Part shown: positions 35,280 to 45,432 of the stretch, piece after piece
Numbering within the stretch: the first letter of the stretch is position 1
Layout of the letters: each line of letters starts with the position of its first letter
Origin: Dehalococcoidia bacterium
Lineage (GTDB): Bacteria; Chloroflexota; Dehalococcoidia; SM23-28-2
Direction: 5' to 3'
Assembly: GCA_030615765.1 (NCBI GenBank)
Contig: JAUWYP010000002.1
Span: forward strand, 82,480 to 146,479
Length of the DNA stretch: 64,000 nucleotides
The notes under the pieces: generated by a model
What the model was told of the DNA's origin: nothing
Seen by the model: the letters and a program-made list of their open reading frames with translations, nothing else
The model's database searches: none
Made by a program: the position numbers and the translations under genes

Positions 35280-36152
35280 ATGACCGCTCGCTCTCTTGGG
35301 GTACTTCTGCTTCTGGGCTCCGTCTGGGGAGCCTCCTTCCTATTTATCAAGGTAGTGGTGGAGGAGACCTCGCCGCTGGCCCTGGTGCAGGGACGAATCA
35401 CCTTTGGCGCCCTGGCCGTCGTCGCCGTCATGGCCTTCGACCGTCGTCGATCAATCCGGACGTCCCCCCGCCTATGGGCAAAGGTAGCGGGCCTGGCCGT
35501 GCTGAGCAACATCGTGCCCTTCCTTCTCATATCCTGGGGCGAGATCCACATCGACAGCGGCACCGCATCCGTCCTCAACTCCACGATGCCGCTGTTCACA
35601 GCCCTCTTTGCCAGCCTCGTCCTGGTGGACGAGCGGTTGACCTGGCTCCGGCTCTCCGGCCTCCTCCTGGGCCTTCTGGGAGTGGCCGTCCTCACCGGCG
35701 GCGACATCATAGATGTCACCGATTCCAGCGTTCTGGGGCAGATGGCCGTGGTGGGCGCCGCAGCCTGCTATGGCGCCGGCGCTGTCTATGCCCGGATACT
35801 CCTCCACTCCGAAGATCCCCTCAACCTATCCAGGCTTCAACTAGTGATTGGAGCCCTCATCCTGGCGCCAGCCCTCTTCGCCGTAGACGGAGTCCCCAAC
35901 TACAACCTTAGCCTAGAGGCTTGGCTGTCTCTCATCACTCTGGGTGTATTGGGCACCGGCCTGGCCTACATCGCCTTCTTGTGGCTACTGACTACGGAAG
36001 GCAGCGTCAGAACCTCTTTGGTAACCTATGTCATCCCCATCACGGGGCTGATCCTCGGTTGGGCCGTCTTGGATGAGTCGGTCGGCATCAACAGCATTGT
36101 CGGGTGCGGCCTGATCATCCTAGGGGTAACGACCGTTATACAGCGCCGTTGA
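35280..36152 (+). CDS. EamA/DMT-family transporter
   Basis: About ten hydrophobic segments and two EamA-like halves. The start is at the ATG at 35280. Confidence 0.8.
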   Translation: MTARSLGVLLLLGSVWGASFLFIKVVVEETSPLALVQGRITFGALAVVAVMAFDRRRSIRTSPRLWAKVAGLAVLSNIVPFLLISWGEIHIDSGTASVLNSTMPLFTALFASLVLVDERLTWLRLSGLLLGLLGVAVLTGGDIIDVTDSSVLGQMAVVGAAACYGAGAVYARILLHSEDPLNLSRLQLVIGALILAPALFAVDGVPNYNLSLEAWLSLITLGVLGTGLAYIAFLWLLTTEGSVRTSLVTYVIPITGLILGWAVLDESVGINSIVGCGLIILGVTTVIQRR

Positions 36153-36194
36153 ACCCCTCTCTCACCCGCTGCCGGCCGCCGGAGGCACCTCCAG

Positions 36195-37166
36195 TTAGCG
36201 CTGCCACTCTCCCGAAGAAGGCACGTCCGCCAGCCCTCGCGCCTCCGCCACCGCCCGCACGATGGCTCGCTCCACCGCCCGGGCGGTCAGCGCGCCCAGA
36301 GTAATGAGATCGACAGGACCTTCTGCTGCCCCTGTGGCCAGCGAGAAGAAAACGTCGCCGTCCACAGGCGTGTGAGCGGGGCGAATGGTCCGCGCGAGGC
36401 CAGCGTGGGCCATCACCGCCAGGCGATAGGCCTGCTCCCTGCTCAGGCGGGCGTTGGTGGCCACCACGCCGATGGTGCTGTTGGTGAAGCCACCAGACAG
36501 CGCCGAGGCAGGCCGCCGCCGCAGGATGTCCAGGGTGCTCAGGAAGCCACCCTTCTCGTCGCGCGGGCCGGCCAGGATGCGGCCGCTATCGGGGTCAACG
36601 ACCTCGCCGAAGCAGTTCACCGCCACCAGCGCCCCGACGACGACGTCGTCCGCCACCCGTTCGGCGACGGTGCCGATGCCGCCCTTGAGCGCTCGCTCCA
36701 TGCCCAGGGCCTTGCCCACAGTGGCGCCGCTGCCCGCGCCCACGCTCCCCTGGGAGATTCGACCGCCCTTGGCTGCCCGGCAGGCGGCGTAGCCAGCGGC
36801 GGCATCGGGGCGCACGTCTGAGCGGCCGACAGACAGGTCGTAGAGGACGGCCCCCACCACGATGGGCACCAGCCCGCCGGGGGTGGGGAAGCCAACGCCC
36901 TCCTCCTCCAGGTAGCGCATCACCCCCGCAGCGGCATCCAGCCCGAAGGCGCTGCCGCCGCTGAGGAGGACAGCGTGGACGCGCTCCACCAGATTGCCGG
37001 GGCGCAGGAGGTCGGTCTCGCGGGTGCCGGGGGCGCCGCCCCGCACGTCGACGGCGGCGACGGCGCCCACCTCGCAGAGAACGACGGTACAGCCGGTGGC
37101 CGCCCGCCGATCAGTCCAGTGGCCGACTCGCAGGCCGGAGATGGCGGTAAGCGCATCAAGGGGCAA
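36195..37166 (-). CDS. peptidase S58 (DmpA / P1 aminopeptidase) family protein
   Basis: GLRVGHWTD...GCTVVL, GAGSGATVGK, NSTIGVVATNA and HTPVDGDVFFSLATG. Confidence 0.8.
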   Translation of the reverse strand: MPLDALTAISGLRVGHWTDRRAATGCTVVLCEVGAVAAVDVRGGAPGTRETDLLRPGNLVERVHAVLLSGGSAFGLDAAAGVMRYLEEEGVGFPTPGGLVPIVVGAVLYDLSVGRSDVRPDAAAGYAACRAAKGGRISQGSVGAGSGATVGKALGMERALKGGIGTVAERVADDVVVGALVAVNCFGEVVDPDSGRILAGPRDEKGGFLSTLDILRRRPASALSGGFTNSTIGVVATNARLSREQAYRLAVMAHAGLARTIRPAHTPVDGDVFFSLATGAAEGPVDLITLGALTARAVERAIVRAVAEARGLADVPSSGEWQR

Positions 37167-37187
37167 CTTCTTCCTACCCTCGCGCTC

Positions 37188-37763
37188 CTACTGCTCCCCG
37201 CCAAAGTACCTCATGATGGGCCGAGTCTCCGACCGCCGGAGGACCTCCACAAACCCCACCTTGCGGAACGCGGACACTACACCGGTATAGCCAGAGTAGC
37301 CAGTCAGGGTCTTCGTCGGCTCGATGGGGTACCCTTCGACAATCTTGCCGCCCTGCTCCTTCGCGTAAGCAACGGCCGCCTTCAGCAATGGCACCATAAG
37401 CCCCCGGCGCCTGAACTGCTCTGCAACGAAAAAGCAAACGACTGACCAGACAGGCTCATCGTCTACTCGCTTCAGGATTCGAGAGCGCTCCAGGGCGGGA
37501 TATGTCTCTCTTGGCCCGACCGAGCACCAAGCGATCGGCTCGCCATAAGCGTAGGCGAGAAGACCCGGGACTTGGCCCGACTCAACTATTGCTCTTAGAG
37601 ATCCCTTGTTCTTTTGACCCGCCTCCCGTGCGAACCGGGATCGGGTCAGCCTCCAATACATACACCAGCAGCCATCGCAGGCCCCGGCCTCCCCGAACAG
37701 CTCTTCAAGATCGCGCCACCGTTCGGGGGTTACCGGATGAAACGCCAAATCCTCCAGTGTCAT
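37188..37763 (-). CDS. GNAT-family N-acetyltransferase
   Basis: FFVAEQFRRRGLMVPLLKAAVAYAKEQG acetyl-CoA-binding motif. Confidence 0.75.
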   Translation of the reverse strand: MTLEDLAFHPVTPERWRDLEELFGEAGACDGCWCMYWRLTRSRFAREAGQKNKGSLRAIVESGQVPGLLAYAYGEPIAWCSVGPRETYPALERSRILKRVDDEPVWSVVCFFVAEQFRRRGLMVPLLKAAVAYAKEQGGKIVEGYPIEPTKTLTGYSGYTGVVSAFRKVGFVEVLRRSETRPIMRYFGGEQ

Positions 37764-37837
37764 CCGTCCTCCCTGTCGGACGCGCCGAAGGCGCCTTCAG
37801 CCAAGCGCACATAAACGTGGCGCTGGTCGGCCTACCG

Positions 37838-39079
37838 CTAGCCCTCGCGCTCCCAGGCTACGGACATGCCCATGCCGCTGCCGATGCACAGTGTCGTCAG
37901 GCCCCAGCGGGCACCACGCCGCTCCATCTCGTAGCCCAGGGTGCCTACCATGCGGCCGCCGGTGGCCCCCAGGGGGTGACCCAGAGCGACGGCGCCGCCG
38001 TTGACATTCAGCCGCTCATCCCACTCGCTCGTGCCCAGCCCGCGCATCACCGCCACGACCTGGCAGGCGAATGCTTCATTCAGCTCGATGAGATCGAACT
38101 GGTCCAGCGACATGCCGGTGCGTTGGAGCAGCTTCTGGGTGGCGGGCAGCGGGCCGATGCCCATGACCTCGGGGTCGACACCGATGGTGGCGGCAGCGCG
38201 GAAGGTAAGCAGCGGCTTGTAGCCCAGCTCCTTGGCCTTCTCCTTGGACATCAACAGCACCAGGGTGGCGCCATCGGTGCGAGGGCAGGAGTTACCCGCC
38301 GTCACCGTGCCGTCAGCCGTGTAGACCGCCTTCAGAGTGGCCAGCTTCTCCAGGCTGCTCCCGCGGCGGGGGTTCTGGTCCTTGTCTATGGTCTCGGTGC
38401 GGCCATCGAGGTACTCGATGGTGATGGGGACGATCTCCCGGTCGAATTTGCCCGCGTCCTGAGCAGCCACCGCTCTCTCCTGGCTCGCCTGGGCGAACTT
38501 GTCGGCGTCCTCGCGGGAGACCTTATAGACCTCGACCAGCTTCTCCGCCGTCTGCCCCATGTTCATGATCCAGGGCGCCTTCTTGTTGAACCACTGGGGC
38601 AACAGCTTGGCCTGCTTATCCGGGTACATCTGCCAGCTTTCCCGCTTCATGAACTCCATCATGACCTGGGGATTGTCTATAGTGAGGGCATCGCCCCCGG
38701 GCGGTATGGGCCCTATGCGGTCCATAGTCTCCACGCCACCGGCCAGGACAATGTCCGACATGCCGCACATGATGGCGTGAGCCCCCATCACTATCCCCTG
38801 GAGAGCAGACGCACACTGCTTGTTTATGTCGGTGGCGGAGATGGTGTCGGGAAAGTCCGCCTCGAACAAGTAAGTGCGAGCGCGGAGCAGCACGCCCGCC
38901 AAGCCCACCGAGCCCATGCTGAACTCGTCTATCAGGTTCGGGTCCAGCTTGTTCCGCTCGACGATGGCTTTCAGCAGGGGCACCACCAGGTCCACGTGGG
39001 TGATATCCTTCAAGACCCCTCTGGCTCCTGCCCTTGCGAAAGGCGTGCGCACGGCGTCAACAACAACGGCCTCTGTCAT
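37838..39079 (-). CDS. thiolase (acetyl-CoA C-acyl/acetyltransferase family)
   Basis: NKQCASALQ active-site Cys, NVNGGAVALGHPLGATG, and CIGSGMG C-terminal Cys. Confidence 0.85.
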   Translation of the reverse strand: MTEAVVVDAVRTPFARAGARGVLKDITHVDLVVPLLKAIVERNKLDPNLIDEFSMGSVGLAGVLLRARTYLFEADFPDTISATDINKQCASALQGIVMGAHAIMCGMSDIVLAGGVETMDRIGPIPPGGDALTIDNPQVMMEFMKRESWQMYPDKQAKLLPQWFNKKAPWIMNMGQTAEKLVEVYKVSREDADKFAQASQERAVAAQDAGKFDREIVPITIEYLDGRTETIDKDQNPRRGSSLEKLATLKAVYTADGTVTAGNSCPRTDGATLVLLMSKEKAKELGYKPLLTFRAAATIGVDPEVMGIGPLPATQKLLQRTGMSLDQFDLIELNEAFACQVVAVMRGLGTSEWDERLNVNGGAVALGHPLGATGGRMVGTLGYEMERRGARWGLTTLCIGSGMGMSVAWEREG

Positions 39080-39114
39080 CCTCTTCCTCCTTTCAGCGGC
39101 CTACGACGCTTGAT

Positions 39115-39930
39115 TTACCGTTGACAGCGCGGGCAGAAGTGAGTGCTCCGCCCGCTCACTTTGATACGCTCTATGGGCGTGCCGCAGTTGTAGCAGGGCT
39201 TGCCGGTACGCCGATAGACCTTCACGTGCCACTGGTGCTGGCCTTCCCGGCCGTCGGCATCCACATAGTCGCGGAAGCTGCTGCCGCGATGGTCCATCGC
39301 CTCCAGCAGCACCTCCCCGATAGCCTTGCTCAACCGTCTCAACTCGTCGCGGGCCAGGCTCTTGCCCGGCCGGCGAGGGTGGATGCCACCCACAAACAGC
39401 GCTTCTTCCGAGTAGATGTTGCCCAGGCCAGCCAGCGCCTCCTGATCCATCAGAACCGCCTTGATGGTAGCCGATCTGCCATCTATGAGCGAGCGCAGGC
39501 CCTGCCAGGTCAGGCCCTCCAGCGCATCGGGCCCCAGCTTGCCCACGATCGGCTCCGGTTCCTCCACCAGCCACATACTGCCCAGCTTGCGCAGGTCAGT
39601 GTAGCGCAGTTCGCTGCTATCATCCAGTGAAAAGGAAATCCGGAGATAGGCATCGTCTGCCGCATCCTTGCAGCGATGGAGGAGGGCCCCCGTCATGCGT
39701 AGGTGAATGACGAGGTAGCGCCCGTCGGAGAGATGAAAGAGCAGATACTTGCCCCGACGGGACACATCCTCGATGCGCCGCCCGGGCAGGGCACGGGCAA
39801 ACTCGGCTGGCGATGGCCACCGAACGATACGCTCCGCCCCCGGCAATACGCGGACCCCGGTGAAGCTGTGCCCCACCACCCGCGACAGGAGATCGCGGCG
39901 TATGGTTTCCACTTCGGGCAGCTCGGGCAC
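39115..39930 (-). CDS. mutM: formamidopyrimidine-DNA glycosylase
   Basis: The GTG start gives (M)PELPEVETIRRDL with the catalytic N-terminal Pro. C-terminal zinc finger CYNCGTPIERIKVSGRSTHFCPRCQ. Confidence 0.9.
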   Translation of the reverse strand: MPELPEVETIRRDLLSRVVGHSFTGVRVLPGAERIVRWPSPAEFARALPGRRIEDVSRRGKYLLFHLSDGRYLVIHLRMTGALLHRCKDAADDAYLRISFSLDDSSELRYTDLRKLGSMWLVEEPEPIVGKLGPDALEGLTWQGLRSLIDGRSATIKAVLMDQEALAGLGNIYSEEALFVGGIHPRRPGKSLARDELRRLSKAIGEVLLEAMDHRGSSFRDYVDADGREGQHQWHVKVYRRTGKPCYNCGTPIERIKVSGRSTHFCPRCQR

Positions 39931-40004
39931 CTCTGCCCCCTCTGAACAGTGCGGCCGGGGCCAGGCCTCAAGGGGCAACGAGCACGGGCTCAGACCGGGG
40001 CAGG

Positions 40005-40199
40005 CTAGTCCTCTTCTTCCTCGACGGCGATCCCGAGCTTAACCACCCGAGCATCCCCACCTTCGAGGCCCCAGGCCTCGGCGTCCCGTTTGGCCTCGTC
40101 CCAGGTCTCGTCCAGCCACTTGAGGAGCTCCCGGAGATCGGACAGGCTTGTGATCTCGGGTATGTTGCCTTTGGCAACGTAGCCACTTAGCTTGATCAT
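40005..40199 (-). CDS. small acidic hypothetical protein (64 aa)
   Basis: AAGGAGG lies 5 nt upstream of the ATG. No family recognised. Confidence 0.45.
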   Translation of the reverse strand: MIKLSGYVAKGNIPEITSLSDLRELLKWLDETWDEAKRDAEAWGLEGGDARVVKLGIAVEEEED

Positions 40200-40360
40200 T
40201 CCATTTCCTCCTTAGCCCGCGACAGTTGGCAACAAGTATAACCCGCCAGGGTGGTTGTTGATCAACCTTGTGTGGCCCCGGGCCTTCAAGCAGCGGCCCT
40301 GGGCGCGTCGGGGCGAGCCGCGGGCCGTGGGACTAACTACGCCCGCCGGCGCCGAGCCCC

Positions 40361-43138
40361 CTACTCCATCTCCCCCCAGTTCTCACCCACCTTGATGTCC
40401 ACCTTCAGGGGAACCTTCATCCGCCTCTGGCGGAGAGGCATGATATCCAGCACCAGCTCCCGCACAGCGTCGACCTCCTTGGCCGGACACTCGAAGATCA
40501 GCTCGTCGTGCACCTGGAGGATCATCCGGCTGACCAGACGGCGGGCCTGCATCTCAGCGTCGATGCGGTTCATGGCGATCTTGATGATATCGGCGGCGGT
40601 GCCCTGCACCGGCATGTTTATCGCCGCCCGCTCGGCAGCCTGACGGACGTTAACGTTGGGGGAGTTGATCTCAGGGATGTAGCGACGGCGACCCAGAAGC
40701 GTCTCAGCATAGCCCCGCTCCCGCGTCCGCTGCACCGTCCCCTCGCTGTACTTGCGGATGCCTGGGTACTTGGCGAAGTAGGTCTTGATGAACTCCGCCG
40801 CCTCCTGCCGCGAGATGCCCTCCCGCTGGGACAGGCCGAACTCGGTGAGGCCATAGAGCACGCCGAAGTTGAACACCTTGGCCCGCCGCCGCATCTCCGG
40901 CGTCACCTCGGATAGGGACACGCCGAACACCTGCGAGGCGGTGGCGGCGTGAATGTCCTCGTCCCGTTCGAAGGCGCCGACCAGCGCCGGGTCCTCGGTG
41001 ATGTGGGCCATGATCCGCAGCTCGATCTGGGAGTAGTCGGCCGAGAGAAGCAGGGGGTCGGGCCCGATGTCACCGGCCACGAAGGCCCGCCGCACCTGAC
41101 CGCCCAGCTCCGTGCGCACGGGGACGTTCTGGAGGTTGGGGTTGCTGGAGGAGAGACGGCCGGTGGCGGTCGCCGTCTGGTTGAAGTCGGTGTGGACACG
41201 GCCTGTGCGGGGGTTGATGAGGCCGGGCAGGGCATCGACGTAGGTGGACCTGAGCTTGGTGAGCTCTCGGTATTCGTGGATCTGGTCGATGATCGGGTGG
41301 AGCCCTCGCAGGCCCTCCAGCGACTGGGCGTCGGTGGAGTAGCCCAGCTTGGTCTTGCGCGTCTTGGGCAGGCCGAACTGCTCGAAGAGCACCTGGCTGA
41401 GCTGCTGGGGCGAGCCGATGTTGAAACGATGGCCCACCTGCCCGCAGATCTCGTCCTCGACCCTGACGATCTCGTCGGCCAGAACCTGGGACATCTCCCG
41501 CAGCACGCTCACGTCCAGGGCCACGCCCGCCATCTCCATGCGGGCCAGCACCGGCACCAGGGGCATCTCCACCTCCACGAACAGCGACCAGAGGTCCTGC
41601 TGGCGCAACTCCTCCTCCATCAGCGAACGCAGGCGGCCGGTCATGTCGGCATCGGCGCAGGCATAGCGGCCGGCCATCTCCACGTCCACGTCGGCCATGG
41701 AGATCTGCTTAGCCCCCTTGCCGATAAGGTCGCTGATAGGGGTCATCTCGATGCCCAGGCGCTTGGAGGCCAGCCATTTGAGGGAGAGAGCGCCCTCGCC
41801 GCGGCGGTAGCTGCCGCCGCTGCCCTCGCCCAGCAGATAGGCGGCGATCATCGTGTCGAAGGTCAGGTTGCGGGTCCAGATGCCCTCGCCGGCCATGACC
41901 ACCATGTCGTACTTGCCGTTGTGGGCCACCTTCTCGATGCCTTCGTCCTCGAACAGAGGCCCCAGCCGCCGCAGCACCGTCTCCAACGGAAGCTGATCGG
42001 CGGCCAGACGGTGGCCGACGGGGATGTAGTAGGCCTGGCCCAGCCCCAAGGCGATGGCGATGCCCACCAGCCGCGCCCGCATGGCGTCGATGTCGGTGGT
42101 CTCCGTGTCGAAGGTAAACGACCTCTGGGCCTCGATACGCCGCGCCAGGGCTTCCAGCTCCTCCTCTGTCTGCACCAGGCGATAGTCCACCTCAGCGGCG
42201 GCTTCTTCCACCGCCGGCGCTGGCCCCGCCTCCTCCACCGCTGCCGGCTCCAGGTCGGGCAGGCGGGGAATCAAGCTGCGAAACTCCAGCTCGCGGAAGA
42301 GGTCGAGTACTTTATCGCGGCCGTACCGCTCGAAGCGGCAGGCCTCCAGATCGAGGGTGACGGGGGCGTCGGTGACGATGGTGGCCAGGGCCTTGCTCTT
42401 CAGGGCCTGCTCGCGATAGGTGCGCAGGGCCTCCCGCAGCCGCTCCGGCTCCACCTCGTCGATGTGCTCCAGCACACCCTCCACGCCGCCGTACTGCTGG
42501 ATCAGCTTGACAGCCGTCTTGTCGCCCACGCCGGGCACGCCGGGAATGTTGTCGGAAGGGTCGCCCTTGAGGCCCTTGAGGTCGGTCATCTGCTGAGGCC
42601 GCACGCCGTAGCGCTGGTGCACGTCCTCGGCGTCTTCGTATATCACCGTGTCCCGCTGGTAGGGGCGAAACATGAAGAGATGGACGCCCGGCTGCACCAG
42701 CTGGGCGATGTCGCTGTCCAGGGATACCAGATAGGTCTCGATGCCCTGCTCCGCTGCCTGGCGGGCCAGGGTACCCAGCACGTCATCAGCCTCGAAGCCC
42801 TCCAGCTCGTAGATGGGGATACCGAACGTTTCGATGACCTCACGACAGCGGCCGATCTGAGCCCTCAGGTCCTCGGGCATCTCGGCGCGGTGAGCCTTGT
42901 AGGTGGGCTCCTGCTCGTGGCGGAAGGTGACCCTGCCCTTGTCCAGAGCCACCGCCAGATGGGTGGGCTTCAACTCCTGGAGGACAGAGAGCAGCGTGTT
43001 AGCGAAGCCATAGGCAGCTGTCACCACCTCGCCCGTCTTGCGCACGGTGAGAGGCTCCTTCACAGCGTGATAGGCGCGGTGGATGATGCCGTGGCCGTCT
43101 AGAAGGACCAGCAGAGGCTTATCGCGCTTCTCGCTCAC
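40361..43138 (-). CDS. polA: DNA polymerase I
   Basis: 5' nuclease region (LLVLLDGHGIIHRAYHA), 3'-5' exonuclease-like region, and polymerase motifs DYSQIELRIMAH, RRRAKVFNFGVLYG and QVHDELIFE. I prefer the GTG at 43138, and the ATG at 43195 is an alternative. Confidence 0.95.
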   Translation of the reverse strand: MSEKRDKPLLVLLDGHGIIHRAYHAVKEPLTVRKTGEVVTAAYGFANTLLSVLQELKPTHLAVALDKGRVTFRHEQEPTYKAHRAEMPEDLRAQIGRCREVIETFGIPIYELEGFEADDVLGTLARQAAEQGIETYLVSLDSDIAQLVQPGVHLFMFRPYQRDTVIYEDAEDVHQRYGVRPQQMTDLKGLKGDPSDNIPGVPGVGDKTAVKLIQQYGGVEGVLEHIDEVEPERLREALRTYREQALKSKALATIVTDAPVTLDLEACRFERYGRDKVLDLFRELEFRSLIPRLPDLEPAAVEEAGPAPAVEEAAAEVDYRLVQTEEELEALARRIEAQRSFTFDTETTDIDAMRARLVGIAIALGLGQAYYIPVGHRLAADQLPLETVLRRLGPLFEDEGIEKVAHNGKYDMVVMAGEGIWTRNLTFDTMIAAYLLGEGSGGSYRRGEGALSLKWLASKRLGIEMTPISDLIGKGAKQISMADVDVEMAGRYACADADMTGRLRSLMEEELRQQDLWSLFVEVEMPLVPVLARMEMAGVALDVSVLREMSQVLADEIVRVEDEICGQVGHRFNIGSPQQLSQVLFEQFGLPKTRKTKLGYSTDAQSLEGLRGLHPIIDQIHEYRELTKLRSTYVDALPGLINPRTGRVHTDFNQTATATGRLSSSNPNLQNVPVRTELGGQVRRAFVAGDIGPDPLLLSADYSQIELRIMAHITEDPALVGAFERDEDIHAATASQVFGVSLSEVTPEMRRRAKVFNFGVLYGLTEFGLSQREGISRQEAAEFIKTYFAKYPGIRKYSEGTVQRTRERGYAETLLGRRRYIPEINSPNVNVRQAAERAAINMPVQGTAADIIKIAMNRIDAEMQARRLVSRMILQVHDELIFECPAKEVDAVRELVLDIMPLRQRRMKVPLKVDIKVGENWGEME

Positions 43139-43234
43139 AAACGGATTATAGCACCGGCGGTCTCGCGCCACACCGTGCCCCGAAGGGTGCGGCATTCCCC
43201 CGCGAGGCCCCGCCGTCCGCTGCGCCTGCCTTCT

Positions 43235-43264
43235 GTTGACTTGCCGAAAAGGCAGGGCTTATGA
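43235..43264 (+). promoter_or_regulatory. sigma-70-like promoter of the E1 alpha/beta-led cluster
   Basis: TTGACT, an 18-nt spacer, then TATGAT, about 27 nt upstream of the ATG at 43291. Confidence 0.45.
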
Positions 43265-43290
43265 TTCCCCTGCCCAGCAAGGAGGAAGCT

Positions 43291-44253
43291 ATGGACATCC
43301 CCAGGGAAAAGCTCATCGAGATGTACGAGCGCATGGTGACCATTCGCCGCTTCGAGGAGGGGGCGGCCGGCCTGATGCGCGACGCCCGCATCAAGGGCTT
43401 CATCCACCTCTACGCCGGCGAGGAAGCGGTGGCAGTAGGGGCCTGCTTCGTTGTCGGCAAGGAGGACTACATTGCCAGCACCCACCGTGGTCACGGCCAC
43501 CTCATCGCCAAAGGGGGCGACCCCAAGAACATGTATGCCGAGCTCTTCGGCGCCCAGGACGGCTACTGCCACGGCAAGGGAGGCTCCATGCACATCGCCG
43601 ATCTAGACCTGGGCATCCTGGGAGCCAACGGCATTGTCGGCGCCGGCCCGCCGATCGCCGTGGGGGCTGCCTTCGCCGCCCAGTACAAGGGCGAGCGAGG
43701 GGTCTCCCTCTGCTTCTTCGGCGACGGCGCCACCAACCAGGGCACCATCCACGAGGCGATGAACATGGCCGCCGTCCTCAAGCTGCCCGTGGTCTTCATC
43801 TGCGAAAACAACCTCTACGGCGAGTACACCCGCCAGGACCGCCACCAGACCGTCAAGGACATCGCCGAGCGGGCCAAGGCCTACGCCATGCCCGGCGTCA
43901 CTGTGGACGGCATGGACGTGCTCGCCGTGCATGAGGCGATCGGCGAGGCGGTGGAGCGAGCCCGCCGCGGCGAGGGGCCATCCCTCGTCGAGTGCAAGAC
44001 CTACCGCTACTTCGACCACCAGGGGGTGGGCGACGGCACCGCCGACCGACCAGCCGAGGAGATCGAGGATTGGCGGGCAAAGGACGCCATCGTGCGCTTC
44101 CGCCGCCATCTTATCCAGACGGAGGCCCTCACCGAGGCAGAAGCCGAGGACATCGACCGGCGGGTGGCCACCCGCATCGAGGAGGCCATCGCCTTCGCCG
44201 CGGCCAGCCCCCTGCCGACAGAGGATGAGCTTCTGACCGACGTGTACGCCTGA
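43291..44253 (+). CDS. 2-oxoacid (pyruvate/acetoin-type) dehydrogenase E1 component, alpha subunit
   Basis: YAGEEAVAVG, HRGHGH, and TPP motif GDGATNQG....NN. AAGGAGG RBS before the ATG at 43291. Confidence 0.85.
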   Translation: MDIPREKLIEMYERMVTIRRFEEGAAGLMRDARIKGFIHLYAGEEAVAVGACFVVGKEDYIASTHRGHGHLIAKGGDPKNMYAELFGAQDGYCHGKGGSMHIADLDLGILGANGIVGAGPPIAVGAAFAAQYKGERGVSLCFFGDGATNQGTIHEAMNMAAVLKLPVVFICENNLYGEYTRQDRHQTVKDIAERAKAYAMPGVTVDGMDVLAVHEAIGEAVERARRGEGPSLVECKTYRYFDHQGVGDGTADRPAEEIEDWRAKDAIVRFRRHLIQTEALTEAEAEDIDRRVATRIEEAIAFAAASPLPTEDELLTDVYA

Positions 44254-44272
44254 GAGCACGAGGAGCAAGACT

Positions 44273-45253
44273 ATGCGCCAGATTATCTATCTCATGGCCC
44301 TCAACGAAGCCCTCCAGCAGGAGATGGAACGCGACCCCACCGTCTTCGTCACCGGCGAGGACGTGGGCCAGCATCCGCCCATGGGCGTCACCCTGGGCCT
44401 GCTTCAGAAGTTCGGCCCCCAGCGAGTGGTCGACACCCCCATCTCCGAGTCGGCCATCCTCGGCCTGGCCGTAGGAGCGGCCGCCGCCGGCCTGCGGCCG
44501 GTGGTGGAGATTATGTTCATCGACTTCCTGTTCGTGGCCTTCGATCAGGTCATCAATCAGATGGCCAAGATGCGCTACATGTTTGGCGGCAAGGCCAAGC
44601 TGCCCATCGTGGTGCGCTGCCCCTGCGGCGGCGGCTTCCAAATGGCCGCCCAGCACTCCCAGAGCCTGGAGGCCATGCTCTGTCACATCCCCGGCCTCAA
44701 GGTGGTCATGCCGGCCACCGCCTACGACGCCAAGGGGCTCCTCACTGCCGCCATCCGCGACGACAACCCCGTCTTCTGCCTCGAGCACAAGAAGTGCTAC
44801 ACCCTCCCCGGCGACGTGCCCCAGGAACAGTACGAAGTGCCTCTGGGCGTCGCCGAGGTCAAGCGGCCCGGGAGCGACGTCACCATCGTCGCAACGTCCT
44901 ACATGGTGCATGAGGCCCTGCAAGCTGCCGAAGAGCTGGCCGGGCGAGGCATCGAGGCGGAGGTGATAGACCCCCGCACACTGCTGCCCCTGGACATGGA
45001 CACTATCCTCAACTCGGTGCGCAAGACGCATCGAGTGGTGATCGCGCACGAGGCGGTGAAGTTCTGTGGTATCGGAGGAGAGATCGTCGCCCAGATCGCC
45101 GAGACGGCCTTCGATGCCCTGGAAGCCCCTCCCCTGCGGGTCGCTGCCCCCTTCTGCCCTGTCCCCTTCAGCGCCCCGCTGGAGGAGGCCTACTTGCCCA
45201 ACGCCCAGGACATCTTCGATGCCGTATCGTCGGTGACGCCGGCAAAGACCTGA
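44273..45253 (+). CDS. 2-oxoacid dehydrogenase E1 component, beta subunit
   Basis: Transketolase-like pyrimidine-binding and C-terminal domains (VVDTPISESAILGLAVGAA...). GAGGAG RBS. Confidence 0.9.
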   Translation: MRQIIYLMALNEALQQEMERDPTVFVTGEDVGQHPPMGVTLGLLQKFGPQRVVDTPISESAILGLAVGAAAAGLRPVVEIMFIDFLFVAFDQVINQMAKMRYMFGGKAKLPIVVRCPCGGGFQMAAQHSQSLEAMLCHIPGLKVVMPATAYDAKGLLTAAIRDDNPVFCLEHKKCYTLPGDVPQEQYEVPLGVAEVKRPGSDVTIVATSYMVHEALQAAEELAGRGIEAEVIDPRTLLPLDMDTILNSVRKTHRVVIAHEAVKFCGIGGEIVAQIAETAFDALEAPPLRVAAPFCPVPFSAPLEEAYLPNAQDIFDAVSSVTPAKT

Positions 45254-45432
45254 TCGTGCCCGGCGGTCTTGTTCAAGAGAGCTCGCCTCCTGCTCTGGCT
45301 GGCTCTCCTCTGTCTGCCTGCGTCATCCCCCACTCGGCTAAAGGTGGTGGGGAATCGGCTTTGAACAGAGCCACTTCACCAGCTATAATGTTCGCGATTC
45401 AGCCCTCGCGAGCGCAGCCACAGGAGGAACCC

